Shown here piece after piece: positions 36,158-46,035 of a stretch of DNA of 63,820 nt. Source of the stretch: an uncultured Clostridia bacterium. Its GTDB lineage: Bacteria > Bacillota > Clostridia > Christensenellales > Borkfalkiaceae. How positions within the stretch are numbered: position 1 is the first letter of the stretch; each line of letters begins with the position of its first letter. Made by a program: the position numbers and the translations under genes. Under the pieces are notes generated by a model. That model saw only the letters and a program-made list of their open reading frames with translations. It was not told where the DNA came from and searched no databases. The DNA lies in NCBI GenBank assembly GCA_947245485.1, contig CAMXOH010000001.1:1-63820 (forward strand), read 5' to 3'.

Positions 36158-36688
36158 TCAGAAATTCGGCGGCGTGGAAACCCAAAGGAATTTCGCCGTG
36201 TTCTTTCCGCTGTTGGTTATGCTGTGCGCCCTGTCGGCAACGTAGTAAAAAGATTCTCCCTTTTTACACGCGTACTTTGCCCCGCCGAGGTCTATGTTGA
36301 TTTTCCCTTCCAAAACATATCCGAACTCCTCGCCCTCGTGCGGGAAGTCGGAAGTCGACGCGCCCGCCAATAGTTCGACGAGAACGGGTTCCATCTCGTT
36401 CTTCTGCGCGTTGGGGATAATCCATTTAAATAACATTCCGTCCTCGCGCTTTTCGATATAGTCTTCTGCCGAGAACACAACTTTGTCGAAACTTTCGCGT
36501 TTGAAAAATTCCGCAAGGTCCGTTCCGAGCGCAGACAGTATGTCGCACAGCGTCGATATAGAGGGCGAAGTCAAATCGTTTTCCAACTGGGAAATATATC
36601 CCTTGGTAAGCTCGCACCTGTCGGCAAGTTCGGCTTGCGAAAGATTGAGCTGTAAACGCAGTCCTTTGATTTTTTTTCCTATTTCCAT
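36158..36688 (-). CDS. XRE HTH plus cupin transcriptional regulator (PuuR-like)
   Basis: LSQAELADRCELTKGYISQLEN is an HTH. The C-terminal part is cupin-like (GEEFGYVLEGKINIDLGG...ESFYY). Confidence 0.85.
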   Translation of the reverse strand: MEIGKKIKGLRLQLNLSQAELADRCELTKGYISQLENDLTSPSISTLCDILSALGTDLAEFFKRESFDKVVFSAEDYIEKREDGMLFKWIIPNAQKNEMEPVLVELLAGASTSDFPHEGEEFGYVLEGKINIDLGGAKYACKKGESFYYVADRAHSITNSGKNTAKFLWVSTPPNF

Positions 36689-36723
36689 AAGTTCCTCTTG
36701 CGTTTTGCGGAAGTCAGTATTTA

Positions 36724-36779
36724 TTAAACCAAATGTTTAATTTAATTAAACGGTTAGTGATTTTAAACAAAAAGTTTAA
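36724..36779. promoter_or_regulatory. Two 17-bp palindromes TTAAAC-N5-GTTTAA upstream of the regulator/pot operon
   Basis: TTAAACCAAATGTTTAA (36724-36740) and TTAAACAAAAAGTTTAA (36763-36779), plus a lone TTAAAC half-site at 36746-36751. Confidence 0.6.
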
Positions 36780-37080
36780 TAAAGATAAACCTCAAAACAA
36801 TAAAAAATTATATTTACGCCCCGTCCCGCTGTCAATAATTTTTATAAAAAATTTTTAATGAAAATAAATATGATAATTTACACTTCGTATGTTAAATATT
36901 AACAGCCGTCGAGAAAGAAACTAACGCGCCCGATTTTTAAGTTTTACGCCGAATAAGGCGAAATTTTAAGGAAATTTTTTCCTTTTTTTCAAAAAAATTC
37001 AATTTTCGCCCTATACAAACCGCATCTGGTGTGCTATACTTAAACTATCAAAATATTTTTTCTCAGGGGAATAAAAAATT

Positions 37081-37881
37081 ATGGAAATGAAAGATTTCAG
37101 AATTGACGGAAAAGTCGCGCTTATAACGGGCGGCTCTTACGGCATAGGTTTTGCTATTGCAATGGGACTTGCGAAAGCGGGCGCGACAATCGTTTTCAAC
37201 GATATCAACGACGAACTCGTTGAAAAAGGCTTGGCGGCGTACAAGGAAGAGGGCGTAAAGGCGCACGGCTACGTTTGCGACGTTACCAACGAAGACGCGG
37301 TTAACGCAATGGTTGCACGTATCGAAAAGGAAGTCGGGGTTATCGACGTTCTCGTGAACAACGCGGGCATCATAAAGCGCATACCTATGTGCGAAATGAC
37401 AGCCGCGCAATTCAGACAGGTTATCGATATCGACTTAAACGGACCCTTTATTATGTCCAAAGCCGTAATTCCTTCTATGATTAAAAAGGGACACGGCAAA
37501 ATTATAAATATTTGTTCTATGATGTCCGAACTCGGCAGAGAAACCGTTTCCGCGTACGCGGCGGCGAAGGGCGGACTTAAAATGCTTACAAAGAATATCT
37601 GCTCGGAGTACGGCGAATACAATATCCAGTGCAACGGTATCGGACCGGGATATATCGCTACCCCTCAAACCGCGCCCCTGCGCGAAAAGCAACCCGACGG
37701 AAGCCGTCATCCCTTCGACTCGTTCATTATCGCCAAGACGCCCGCGGGCAGATGGCTTGAAGCGGACGAGCTTGCGGGACCCGCGGTGTTCCTCGCTTCC
37801 GACGCGTCAAACGCAGTCAACGGACATATACTCTACGTGGACGGCGGCATACTCGCGTATATCGGCAAACAACCCAAATAA
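37081..37881 (+). CDS. SDR oxidoreductase, gluconate 5-dehydrogenase-like
   Basis: GKVALITGGSYGIGFA, NNAG, YAAAKGG. 266 aa. Confidence 0.85.
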   Translation: MEMKDFRIDGKVALITGGSYGIGFAIAMGLAKAGATIVFNDINDELVEKGLAAYKEEGVKAHGYVCDVTNEDAVNAMVARIEKEVGVIDVLVNNAGIIKRIPMCEMTAAQFRQVIDIDLNGPFIMSKAVIPSMIKKGHGKIINICSMMSELGRETVSAYAAAKGGLKMLTKNICSEYGEYNIQCNGIGPGYIATPQTAPLREKQPDGSRHPFDSFIIAKTPAGRWLEADELAGPAVFLASDASNAVNGHILYVDGGILAYIGKQPK

Positions 37882-37895
37882 AAAACAACGCACTG

Positions 37896-37937
37896 AAAAA
37901 CGGCGGCTCGCTTCAAGCGAACCGCCGTTTTGTTTGT
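37896..37937. terminator. Bidirectional terminator between the SDR gene and the convergent hypothetical gene
   Basis: Stem CGGCGGCTCGC (37901-37911) / GCGAACCGCCG (37917-37927, one mismatch), flanked by A5 and TTTTGTTTGTT. Confidence 0.8.
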
Positions 37938-37945
37938 TCGATGCA

Positions 37946-38530
37946 TTATTTTTTAGCGCAGAGATAAAGTTCTACTTTCTTCTCTTTGGTTAAATCTTCG
38001 TAGTCGGAGAACAGCGCGTCGAAATCCCTAAGATAATCCTCCGCCTCGGGAGTCTGCAAAAGTTTTTCAAGACTTTCGCTCAGCGCAGCATAAATTTTAA
38101 CCGCGTCCGCAATGCCCTTTTCCTTATTACTGCCCACGCTGAATTTCGCAGGCACTTCGCTGTATTCCGAATGCAGATTTTTAAGCAACGCGCTATCCCA
38201 TAAAGGTTTGCTTAAATCAAGGTTTGCAACTATCTTTCCCGCGGACGACACCTCTACTCTGTTTCCGTTTTTTTCGTAAAGCGCTCTCAAAACCTTTTCG
38301 AAAGAAACTTCCGCGTCCGCCCGCGCTTCCTCGAATACGCCGAAGAACACTTCGCGCCATTCCTCGTCTTTATAGGGACTGTAAGAGTCCATTCCGTAAT
38401 AGGTGCAGAAATCCGCCTTGAAAGCGTCCGAAAGAGGTTGCTTCTTATTTAATTCGTCCATAGCCGCGCGGTACTGCGCCGCGCCCCTCGATATGCGTTT
38501 GACTATATCTTTGCTAAGCATAAAATCCAT
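37946..38530 (-). CDS. Hypothetical protein (no family recognised)
   Basis: 194-aa ORF, acidic, with no TM segment. Confidence 0.65.
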   Translation of the reverse strand: MDFMLSKDIVKRISRGAAQYRAAMDELNKKQPLSDAFKADFCTYYGMDSYSPYKDEEWREVFFGVFEEARADAEVSFEKVLRALYEKNGNRVEVSSAGKIVANLDLSKPLWDSALLKNLHSEYSEVPAKFSVGSNKEKGIADAVKIYAALSESLEKLLQTPEAEDYLRDFDALFSDYEDLTKEKKVELYLCAKK

Positions 38531-38624
38531 ATTCTTGTCCTCCGTAAAAATATTAAACCGATTATAACACTTTAAAATTAAAATTTCAACTTCATAGCCG
38601 CATTGTACGGCAACTACACGAAAA

Positions 38625-39101
38625 TCACAAATTACGGTTAAGTATTTTCACCGCGGCTTCCGCGTGCTCCTCTTCCAATCCGAGCCTGAAATTGGGTTCA
38701 GTCTTTACAAACCTGTCGGAAAATTCCCGCCAACCGTAACGGTAATCGTCGATTATAACGAAACTTCCCACGTCCGCGGGCGCGGAGTCAAGCCAACTTT
38801 TTATCTCGTCATGGCGTTCCGCGCAAATTCCCAAATCGGGAGTTTTGTCGTAAATTTCAAGTCCGAACTTTGCGAACGTTTCGTTGATATAAACGCCGTC
38901 GCGGCGGCATAGTGCGGGGTCTTTGTCCCAATGCACGCGCCAGGTGGAACTTAAAACTATTTTTGCTCCCGTGCGCTCGACAATGCTTTTGACGAGCGGC
39001 AAGCGCGTTTCGTCAATGTCGCTCTGCTCGTTCCGGTTGCGCTTTCTGTCGTAGTTCCGCGAGTTTAAAACCCCGTCTATATCCAAAAAAATAATCTTCA
39101 T
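38625..39101 (-). CDS. Small HAD-superfamily protein (FLDIDGVL motif)
   Basis: MKIIFLDIDGVLNS (HAD motif I), SSTWR and IIDD motifs. 158 aa. Confidence 0.75.
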   Translation of the reverse strand: MKIIFLDIDGVLNSRNYDRKRNRNEQSDIDETRLPLVKSIVERTGAKIVLSSTWRVHWDKDPALCRRDGVYINETFAKFGLEIYDKTPDLGICAERHDEIKSWLDSAPADVGSFVIIDDYRYGWREFSDRFVKTEPNFRLGLEEEHAEAAVKILNRNL

Positions 39102-39152
39102 ATCTATAATCTATTCCCCGTTGTTTTATATTAGCCGAAAATATTTACCGCG

Positions 39153-39641
39153 TCAGCATTTTTTCGACATATAGATACATAGCGGTTCGTATCCCGAATT
39201 TTTGTACAGTTCCATTGCGCCCGTATTCGGCGCGAACACGTCAAGCTGAACATATTCGCAACCGCAGTCCTTGAAATACCGTTCGGCGCGCGCCAACAGC
39301 GCGCTTCCTATACCCTGCCTGCGCTCGCCTGCGGCAACCGCCAAATCGCTTATGAACCCGACTTTCGGACAGCGCGTGGTAATCTCCTCTTCTCCGCCGC
39401 CCTGAAATATCTTGCATATAATTATGCCGACGGCGCGGTTTTCGCAAACGGCGATAAAAATTTTGCCGCTGTGTTTCTCGACTTCTCGCGTCGCGTATTT
39501 AAAGTATTCTTCGCGGAATCCGTCTTTTAAAACTATCACTCCTCTTTCGTCCAGCGCCGAAATATGTGCCTGCAAGCCGACGAGCAAATCCTTAGCCGCT
39601 TCCGCATATTCGTAAGTGAAATCGGTTATATCAATCTGCAT
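39153..39641 (-). CDS. GNAT-family N-acetyltransferase
   Basis: RRQGIGSALLARAE is the acetyl-CoA motif. The ATG at 39641 with AGGAG 6 nt upstream is preferred over the TTG at 39692. Confidence 0.8.
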   Translation of the reverse strand: MQIDITDFTYEYAEAAKDLLVGLQAHISALDERGVIVLKDGFREEYFKYATREVEKHSGKIFIAVCENRAVGIIICKIFQGGGEEEITTRCPKVGFISDLAVAAGERRQGIGSALLARAERYFKDCGCEYVQLDVFAPNTGAMELYKNSGYEPLCIYMSKKC

Positions 39642-39688
39642 TTGAACTCCTATATCCGCGCCGCGGCGTTCAGCCGCAGCCGCGTATT

Positions 39689-40249
39689 TCAATTAGGTCT
39701 TAAATTTTTATTAAGCCTTTCGACAATCCAAGTAAGCCGTTTTTTTCGCCCGTCCTCCGTCTTGGCGTCGTAATATGCGCGCGCATATGTTTTTTTAACG
39801 GACGGCGGCATTGCCTGAAAATTCGCATAAGCCTCTTCGTATTGCACGAGCAATTTCGACAAAACGGCGACTTCCCGCTCGCCGACAGTCATCAAATCGC
39901 GCGCGTCCCACTGTCCGTTTTTCTTGGCTTCCTGCATTTTTTGTCTGCCGAAATCCGTCATAAGTCCGCGCTCTTCCAAGTCCTTTGCAAGTCCCTTGTT
40001 TTTCTCGGACCACTTGCTGTTAGCCCTACGCAACGAAAAATACTTTTTATACGAAAAAGCGTCTATGCTCTGCATCTGTCCGTCAATCCAACCGAAGCAC
40101 AGCGCTTCTTCAAGCGCCTCGTCCGCCTTAACAGTTTTCACCCCGCCGCCTTTGCCGAACAACAGCCACACGCCTTCGGACGAAGTACAGTTCGCCGAAA
40201 GCCAATTTCTGAAATCTTCCCTGTCTGCAAACCGTAAAAGGTTCTCCAT
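39689..40249 (-). CDS. YdeI/OmpD-associated family protein
   Basis: FRNWLSANCTSSEGVWLLF...EEALCFGWIDG pattern. 186 aa. Confidence 0.7.
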   Translation of the reverse strand: MENLLRFADREDFRNWLSANCTSSEGVWLLFGKGGGVKTVKADEALEEALCFGWIDGQMQSIDAFSYKKYFSLRRANSKWSEKNKGLAKDLEERGLMTDFGRQKMQEAKKNGQWDARDLMTVGEREVAVLSKLLVQYEEAYANFQAMPPSVKKTYARAYYDAKTEDGRKKRLTWIVERLNKNLRPN

Positions 40250-40258
40250 ATTTAACTC

Positions 40259-41584
40259 CTATTTCTTCTTGCGCGCTTTCTCTTTCCAATCCTTAATGTC
40301 CTGTAACCGCGCTTTGAACCGCGCCTCCACGCCCTCCTCGGTAGGGCGGTAATATTCCCTGCCGACAAGGCTGTCGGGCATACACTGCATATCCGTCAGT
40401 TTGTCCGACGCATCGTGCGCGTACTGATAACCCTTGCCGTATTCAAGCTCCTTCATAAGTTTCGTCGGCGCATTGCGTATGACGAGCGGCACAGGCTCCG
40501 CAAGCATGGTTACGGCGTCTTTTTTAGCCGCGCCGTAAGCAGTGTAAAGCGCGTTAGACTTCGGCGCAAGCGACATATACACAACCGCTTCCGTAAGATG
40601 CACCGTGCATTCGGGCATTCCTATTAAATGGCACGCCTGAAACGCCGCAACGGCAATTTCCAATGCGCGCGGGTCTGCAAGTCCTATATCCTCGCTTGCG
40701 AACCTTGTAACGCGGCGCGCCACGTACAACGGGTCCTCGCCCGCTTCCAGCATACGCGCCAACCAATACACCGCCGCGTCGGGGTCCGAATTGCGCATCG
40801 ATTTATGCAACGCGGAAATTATATTGTAGTGTTCTTCGCCGTTCTTGTCGTAGAGGAGAGTTCTTTTTGAAATGCACTGTTCCAAAGTTTCGGAAGTTAC
40901 CACGGTTTTCGTTCCGTCGAAGTCGCCGTTGAGCACAGCCATTTCGAGAGTGGACAGCGCGCTTCTCGCGTCGCCGTTTGCGAAGTTCGCAATGCTTTCT
41001 ATAAGCTCGTCCGAAATTTCAACCGTCTGCCCGCCGAACCCGCGGGAATCTTTAAGCGCGTGGTTCAAAAGTCCGCACAGCTCTTCGGTTTTCAATTCCT
41101 GCAAAACAAAAACTTTACAGCGCGACAGCAACGCTCCGTTGACTTCGAACGACGGATTTTCGGTTGTCGCGCCTATTAAGATTATACTGCCCTTTTCCAC
41201 GAACGGCAAAAACGCGTCCTGCTGAGCCTTGTTAAAGCGGTGAATTTCATCCACGAAAAGAATTGTTTTTTCGCCGAACCTTCTGTTCTTTTCCGCCTGT
41301 TCCATAACGGCTTTGATTTCTTTGATGCCGCTTGTCACCGCGGAAAAATCTATAAAGTTAGCCTTGGTACAACCCGCTATAATGCGGGCGAGCGTCGTCT
41401 TGCCCACTCCGGGCGGTCCCCAGAAAATCATCGAGCTTACGTTATCGCTCTCGATTAAACGGCGAAGAACTTTATTCTCGCCCAAAAGATGTTTCTGTCC
41501 GCAATACTCGTCCAGAGTCTGCGGGCGCAGTCTTGCCGCCAACGGCTGACTGAGCGGACTTTCAAACAGCGTTCCCTGCTCCAT
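40259..41584 (-). CDS. rarA: Replication-associated recombination protein A (AAA+ ATPase)
   Basis: GPPGVGKTT, ILFVDEIHRFNKAQQD and the MgsA C-terminal domain. 441 aa. Confidence 0.92.
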   Translation of the reverse strand: MEQGTLFESPLSQPLAARLRPQTLDEYCGQKHLLGENKVLRRLIESDNVSSMIFWGPPGVGKTTLARIIAGCTKANFIDFSAVTSGIKEIKAVMEQAEKNRRFGEKTILFVDEIHRFNKAQQDAFLPFVEKGSIILIGATTENPSFEVNGALLSRCKVFVLQELKTEELCGLLNHALKDSRGFGGQTVEISDELIESIANFANGDARSALSTLEMAVLNGDFDGTKTVVTSETLEQCISKRTLLYDKNGEEHYNIISALHKSMRNSDPDAAVYWLARMLEAGEDPLYVARRVTRFASEDIGLADPRALEIAVAAFQACHLIGMPECTVHLTEAVVYMSLAPKSNALYTAYGAAKKDAVTMLAEPVPLVIRNAPTKLMKELEYGKGYQYAHDASDKLTDMQCMPDSLVGREYYRPTEEGVEARFKARLQDIKDWKEKARKKK

Positions 41585-41652
41585 CTTTTCCCTCTCTGAA
41601 AATTTCTATTACTTAACTAACATACCACAAATTCAACGAAAATGCAAGCACG

Positions 41653-41682
41653 AAAAAAAGCAACGCCGAAGCGTCGCTTTTT
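41653..41682. terminator. Terminator after glgP (bidirectional shape)
   Basis: A7, stem GCAACGC / GCGTCGC (one mismatch), T5. It lies 6 nt past the stop at 41688. Confidence 0.7.
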
Positions 41683-41687
41683 AAACG

Positions 41688-43910
41688 TTAAATTTTCCAT
41701 ATATCCTGCGCGTATTGCTTTATCGTTCTGTCCGAAGAGAAGAAGGCGGAGTTTGCAACGTTGGCAAGCTGTTTCGCCGCAAACGTTTTCTTGTCTTTGC
41801 AGTCGGTACATACCTGTATAATAGTTTTAACGTAACTCTCCAAATCGTACAGGACGAAATAGTTATCTTCGTTGATTAAACTTTCGTACAGCTCCTTGAA
41901 GTTTCCCGTTCCGCCGTCAGAGAACGTTCCGTCGATAAGCGATTCAACCGCTTTGCACCGTTCGGGGTTATCCAAATACTCGGAAGGCGAGTAACCTTCT
42001 GCTTTCAGCCTTGCAAGTTCTTCAACCGTCGCGCCGAAGATATAATTGTTCTCCTTGCCCGCCCGTTCGACTATTTCTATATTTGCGCCGTCCATAGTGC
42101 CGCACGTTACCGCGCCGTTCATCATAAACTTCATATTTCCCGTGCCGCTCGCTTCCAGTCCCGCGGTAGATACCTGCAACGATACATCCGTTCCCGCTAC
42201 GATTTTTTCCGCATAGGACACGTTATAGTTTTGTACGAACACGACTTTTAAGCGTTCCGCGCACTGTACGTCGGAATTGATTTTCGCCGCGATTTCGTTT
42301 ATGAATTTTATAATGGTTTTGGCGCGCCTGTACGACGGCGCGCTCTTTGCGCCGAATATGAAGGCGCAGGGCGGCAAATCGTGGTATTTTCCGCTTTTAA
42401 CCCCGTAATATACTTCGAGTACCGCAAACGCCGTCATTAACTGCCGCTTGTACTCGTGCAGTCTTTTCACCTGCGCGAACACAAGAAAATTTTCTGGAAT
42501 TTCCACTCCCTCCCTGTCTTTTATATAATTTAACAGTTGCCGCTTTTTAGTCTGCTTTACTTCTATAAAAGCGTCCGCAGTTTCGCCGTTAAACCCGTTT
42601 AACTCATTTAACCGCGATATATCCCCGCGCCAATTATTATTCAGCGTTCTGTCCAACAGTTCGGAAAGCTCCTTATTGCAGAGTTCCAACCATCTTCTGT
42701 GCGTTATTCCGTTGGTCTTGTTTTGTAACTTTTCGGGATAAAACCTGTTTACCGTTTTAAATAAGTCATTTTTGAGTATCTCGGTATGCAGTTCCGCCAC
42801 GCCGTTGACTTTACCCGCGATATATACCGCGAGGTTTGCCATATAGAACTTACCGCCCTTATATATAGCCATTTCTTTCGCCTGCTCTTTATCACAGCCG
42901 AGCGATTGAAATTCCCTGTCCGCATATACGCTTATACGGATAATAATATCCGCGATTTCGGGCAGAACGGCGCGCATATATTCCTCGTCCCAGCACTCCA
43001 ACGCTTCGGGAAGTATCGTATGGTTTGTATAATTGAACGTGCGTTTTGCGATATCGAGCGCAGAGGAAAAGCTGAATTTATACTTTACTGTGAGTAGTCT
43101 TATAAATTCGGCGGTACATATTACGGGGTGAGTGTCGTTAAGCTGTATAACGTTGTACTCGGGAAACTTTTCGAAACGCTTTCCGTACTGTTTGAAAAAG
43201 TGTTCCGTAAGCTCGCCGAGCGCCGCCGCGGAAAAGAAATATTCCTGCCTGAGCCGAAGAATTTTCCCCTCTTTCGTATCGTCCGCGGGATAGAGGTATT
43301 CGCTGATTTTCTGCGCTTCCCCGTCCCCTTCCGCCTGAAAAAGTCTCAACCTGTTAATGCGTTTTCCAAACACGGGCATATCGTACGGCACGGCGTAAAC
43401 TTTCATATCGGCAAACTCGATGAGCCGTTTTTCGTCTTCGCGCCTTATGCTCCACGGGTCGCCGAACCTTTGCCAGTCGTCGGGCAGTTCTTCCTGAAAC
43501 CCGTTCTTAAACGCCTGCTTAAACAGTCCGTATTTATAGCGTATTCCGTAGCCGTGCAACGGCAAACCGAGTCCCGCCGCCGAATCGAGAAAGCAAGCCG
43601 CCAACCTGCCGAGTCCGCCGTTGCCGAGCGCCGCGTCCTCGATTTCCTCGAACATACGTATATCCAACCCCTTGCCCGAAAGAAACTTATCCGTTTCTTC
43701 GAGCACGCCGAGTTCCATTAAATTATTGTAGAAACTTCTGCCGATGAGAAACTCCATCGAAAGATAATACGCGTTGCGCCTGCCCTTGGTTTCGCTTATA
43801 TCTCCCGCGCATTTCATAGCAAGCAGGGATATTTCGTTATACAGCGTTACCGCGTCTTTATTTTTTGTATCGAGTCCGTTGAGTCCGTCTGAAAATAAAG
43901 TCTTATCCAT
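41688..43910 (-). CDS. glgP: Glycogen/maltodextrin phosphorylase (GT35)
   Basis: EASGTGNMKFMMNGA is the pyridoxal-phosphate site. 740 aa. Confidence 0.92.
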   Translation of the reverse strand: MDKTLFSDGLNGLDTKNKDAVTLYNEISLLAMKCAGDISETKGRRNAYYLSMEFLIGRSFYNNLMELGVLEETDKFLSGKGLDIRMFEEIEDAALGNGGLGRLAACFLDSAAGLGLPLHGYGIRYKYGLFKQAFKNGFQEELPDDWQRFGDPWSIRREDEKRLIEFADMKVYAVPYDMPVFGKRINRLRLFQAEGDGEAQKISEYLYPADDTKEGKILRLRQEYFFSAAALGELTEHFFKQYGKRFEKFPEYNVIQLNDTHPVICTAEFIRLLTVKYKFSFSSALDIAKRTFNYTNHTILPEALECWDEEYMRAVLPEIADIIIRISVYADREFQSLGCDKEQAKEMAIYKGGKFYMANLAVYIAGKVNGVAELHTEILKNDLFKTVNRFYPEKLQNKTNGITHRRWLELCNKELSELLDRTLNNNWRGDISRLNELNGFNGETADAFIEVKQTKKRQLLNYIKDREGVEIPENFLVFAQVKRLHEYKRQLMTAFAVLEVYYGVKSGKYHDLPPCAFIFGAKSAPSYRRAKTIIKFINEIAAKINSDVQCAERLKVVFVQNYNVSYAEKIVAGTDVSLQVSTAGLEASGTGNMKFMMNGAVTCGTMDGANIEIVERAGKENNYIFGATVEELARLKAEGYSPSEYLDNPERCKAVESLIDGTFSDGGTGNFKELYESLINEDNYFVLYDLESYVKTIIQVCTDCKDKKTFAAKQLANVANSAFFSSDRTIKQYAQDIWKI

Positions 43911-43921
43911 TTCCCGTTACC

Positions 43922-45892
43922 CTATACAATTCTGATTTGCCGCTCGCTTTCGATTACGCTCACCTTGGAAACGTCGGGCGCGATGCGGACGGTACCGCCC
44001 GTAACTTCGTCTACTTTTATATACAGCGTTTCGCCGCCCGCCTTGCACTTGGCGAATTTCTCGTCGCCGTAGTCCAAAACTTCTAAAACCTCGGCGCAAA
44101 GTCCGTTCTCCGCAACGGCTATATCGTACGCGCTCCACTCGTATCTGAACCCGGAGTTATAAACCTTCCTGCCCGAAGTCGCCGCAAACATTTTGGAGTA
44201 AACTTCCTCGGGCGCGGCGAACTTAACCCCGTCGATAACAAGGCTGAAAACTTTTTCGCCATTGCCCTCGCCCTTATCCGCAACGAACGTACCGTTCAGT
44301 CCGTTGATTTCGGGCATAGGCAGAATTTCGGTATCGCCGAGCTTTATTATTATTTTCTTGAAATCGAGTCCGATATTGACTTCGCCGTTTTCGATAACTT
44401 TATCCGAGAGGGCGTAAAGCCTTCCGCCGTTCAGTTCCAGCGACAGCAAAATGCGTCCGTTTATGTTTTCGCTTCCGACGACTTTTGCTTTTATGCCGCC
44501 GCCGAACTTGATTGCCGTTACGGGAATAAGCAATTCCCCCTTACCGTCGGGGCATTTAATCGCAGGAGGCAACTGTACCGAACAGCCTGAAAATGCGAGC
44601 TTGCCATTCTCTACGCCGCAATCGAAGAAGTTAAATTCGGGTATTCTCGGCATTATGCTCTCTTCCGTTTCTTTATCGAAGAGATGAATTGCGCTTATAT
44701 CCAAAGCCGCCTCGCACACCGTATCGGGCGCGTACTCTTTAAATCCGCCCGCCTTTATTATTACGCGCGTACTTGTTTCCGCAAATCCGTCGCCGTCCAT
44801 ATTTATATCGCCGTAGACAAGCGTTTCCGTACCCAACTCTTCCGAGTGCGATATGCGCACTTTGATTTTCGCTTTGCTCTTATTTACTTTTTCCGTATCG
44901 AGCGTCACGTCCTCGGCGCGGAAGCCTATGTATACGGTTTTAGTTCCGTCCAGATACGAAGGCGTGGTTTTAGAGAGCATAGAGTAAGGAACGGTGATTT
45001 TCGCGTCCGAATAAGCGAAATCTATATGCACCTGCTCCCCGTCCTTTTTGAGCGTGCCCTCGAAAAAGTTCATCTGCGGCGTGCCGATGAAGCCTGCCAC
45101 GAATTTATTTGCGGGGTATTTATACAAATTTTTCGGCGTGTCGATTTGCTTTACGAAGCCGTCCTTCATTACTACGATGCGCGTGCCCATAGTCATTGCT
45201 TCCACTTGGTCGTGTGTGACGTAAATAAAAGTGGTTTGCAGTTTTTTGTGCAGTTTGACTATTTCCGAGCGCATCTGCGTTCTCAGTTTTGCGTCGAGAT
45301 TGGAAAGCGGTTCGTCCAAAAGCATAACTTTCGGCTGTCTGACAATCGCACGCCCCAAGGCGACGCGCTGTCTTTGTCCGCCCGACATTTCCTTGGGTTT
45401 GCGTTTCAGGTATTCCGTAATGCCGAGTATTTCCGCCGCTTCGTTCACCTTTTCGGTCAGCTCCTGCTTATTATACTTGCGCATTACGGGAATTTCCTTA
45501 CCATCTTTGTCGAGTACTGGTTCGCCCGCCTTATGCCCGTTGTCGTCGTCTTTTTTATATCGCTTTACGTCGGGAATTTTGCGCATGCGCAAGCCGAACG
45601 CGATATTTTCGAAAATAGACATATGGGGATAAAGCGCGTAGTTCTGGAACACCATTGCAATATCCCTGTCCTTGGGTTCCATTCCGTTGACTACCGTATC
45701 GTCTATTTTGAGTTCGCCCGCGGTAATTTCTTCGAGTCCCGCAACCATTCTGAGAGTCGTAGACTTGCCGCAACCCGACGGACCGACAAATACGATAAAT
45801 TCTTTATCTTCGATTTGCATATTGAAATCGTTCACGGCTTTCGCGCCGTTGGGATAAACTTTGTAAATGTGTTTTAAACTTAAATTTGCCAT
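43922..45892 (-). CDS. MalK-type sugar ABC ATPase with insert and about 280-aa C-terminal extension (656 aa)
   Basis: GPSGCGKST, MSGGQRQRVALGRA, MLLDEPLSNLD. There is an insertion KRYKKDDDNGHKAGEPVLDKDGKEIPVMRKYNKQEL and a long beta-rich tail. Confidence 0.9.
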   Translation of the reverse strand: MANLSLKHIYKVYPNGAKAVNDFNMQIEDKEFIVFVGPSGCGKSTTLRMVAGLEEITAGELKIDDTVVNGMEPKDRDIAMVFQNYALYPHMSIFENIAFGLRMRKIPDVKRYKKDDDNGHKAGEPVLDKDGKEIPVMRKYNKQELTEKVNEAAEILGITEYLKRKPKEMSGGQRQRVALGRAIVRQPKVMLLDEPLSNLDAKLRTQMRSEIVKLHKKLQTTFIYVTHDQVEAMTMGTRIVVMKDGFVKQIDTPKNLYKYPANKFVAGFIGTPQMNFFEGTLKKDGEQVHIDFAYSDAKITVPYSMLSKTTPSYLDGTKTVYIGFRAEDVTLDTEKVNKSKAKIKVRISHSEELGTETLVYGDINMDGDGFAETSTRVIIKAGGFKEYAPDTVCEAALDISAIHLFDKETEESIMPRIPEFNFFDCGVENGKLAFSGCSVQLPPAIKCPDGKGELLIPVTAIKFGGGIKAKVVGSENINGRILLSLELNGGRLYALSDKVIENGEVNIGLDFKKIIIKLGDTEILPMPEINGLNGTFVADKGEGNGEKVFSLVIDGVKFAAPEEVYSKMFAATSGRKVYNSGFRYEWSAYDIAVAENGLCAEVLEVLDYGDEKFAKCKAGGETLYIKVDEVTGGTVRIAPDVSKVSVIESERQIRIV

Positions 45893-46035
45893 AATTATTT
45901 CCTCCCTATTTTACAGTAAGTGCAAAGAAACGAGCAAGAGCAGGCGAGCGCGGATTATGTGAGGGAATTTACACAGAAGTAAATGACCGAAACACAAACG
46001 TAAGCTCAACGAACTATTGCGAAGTTTATTTGCGC

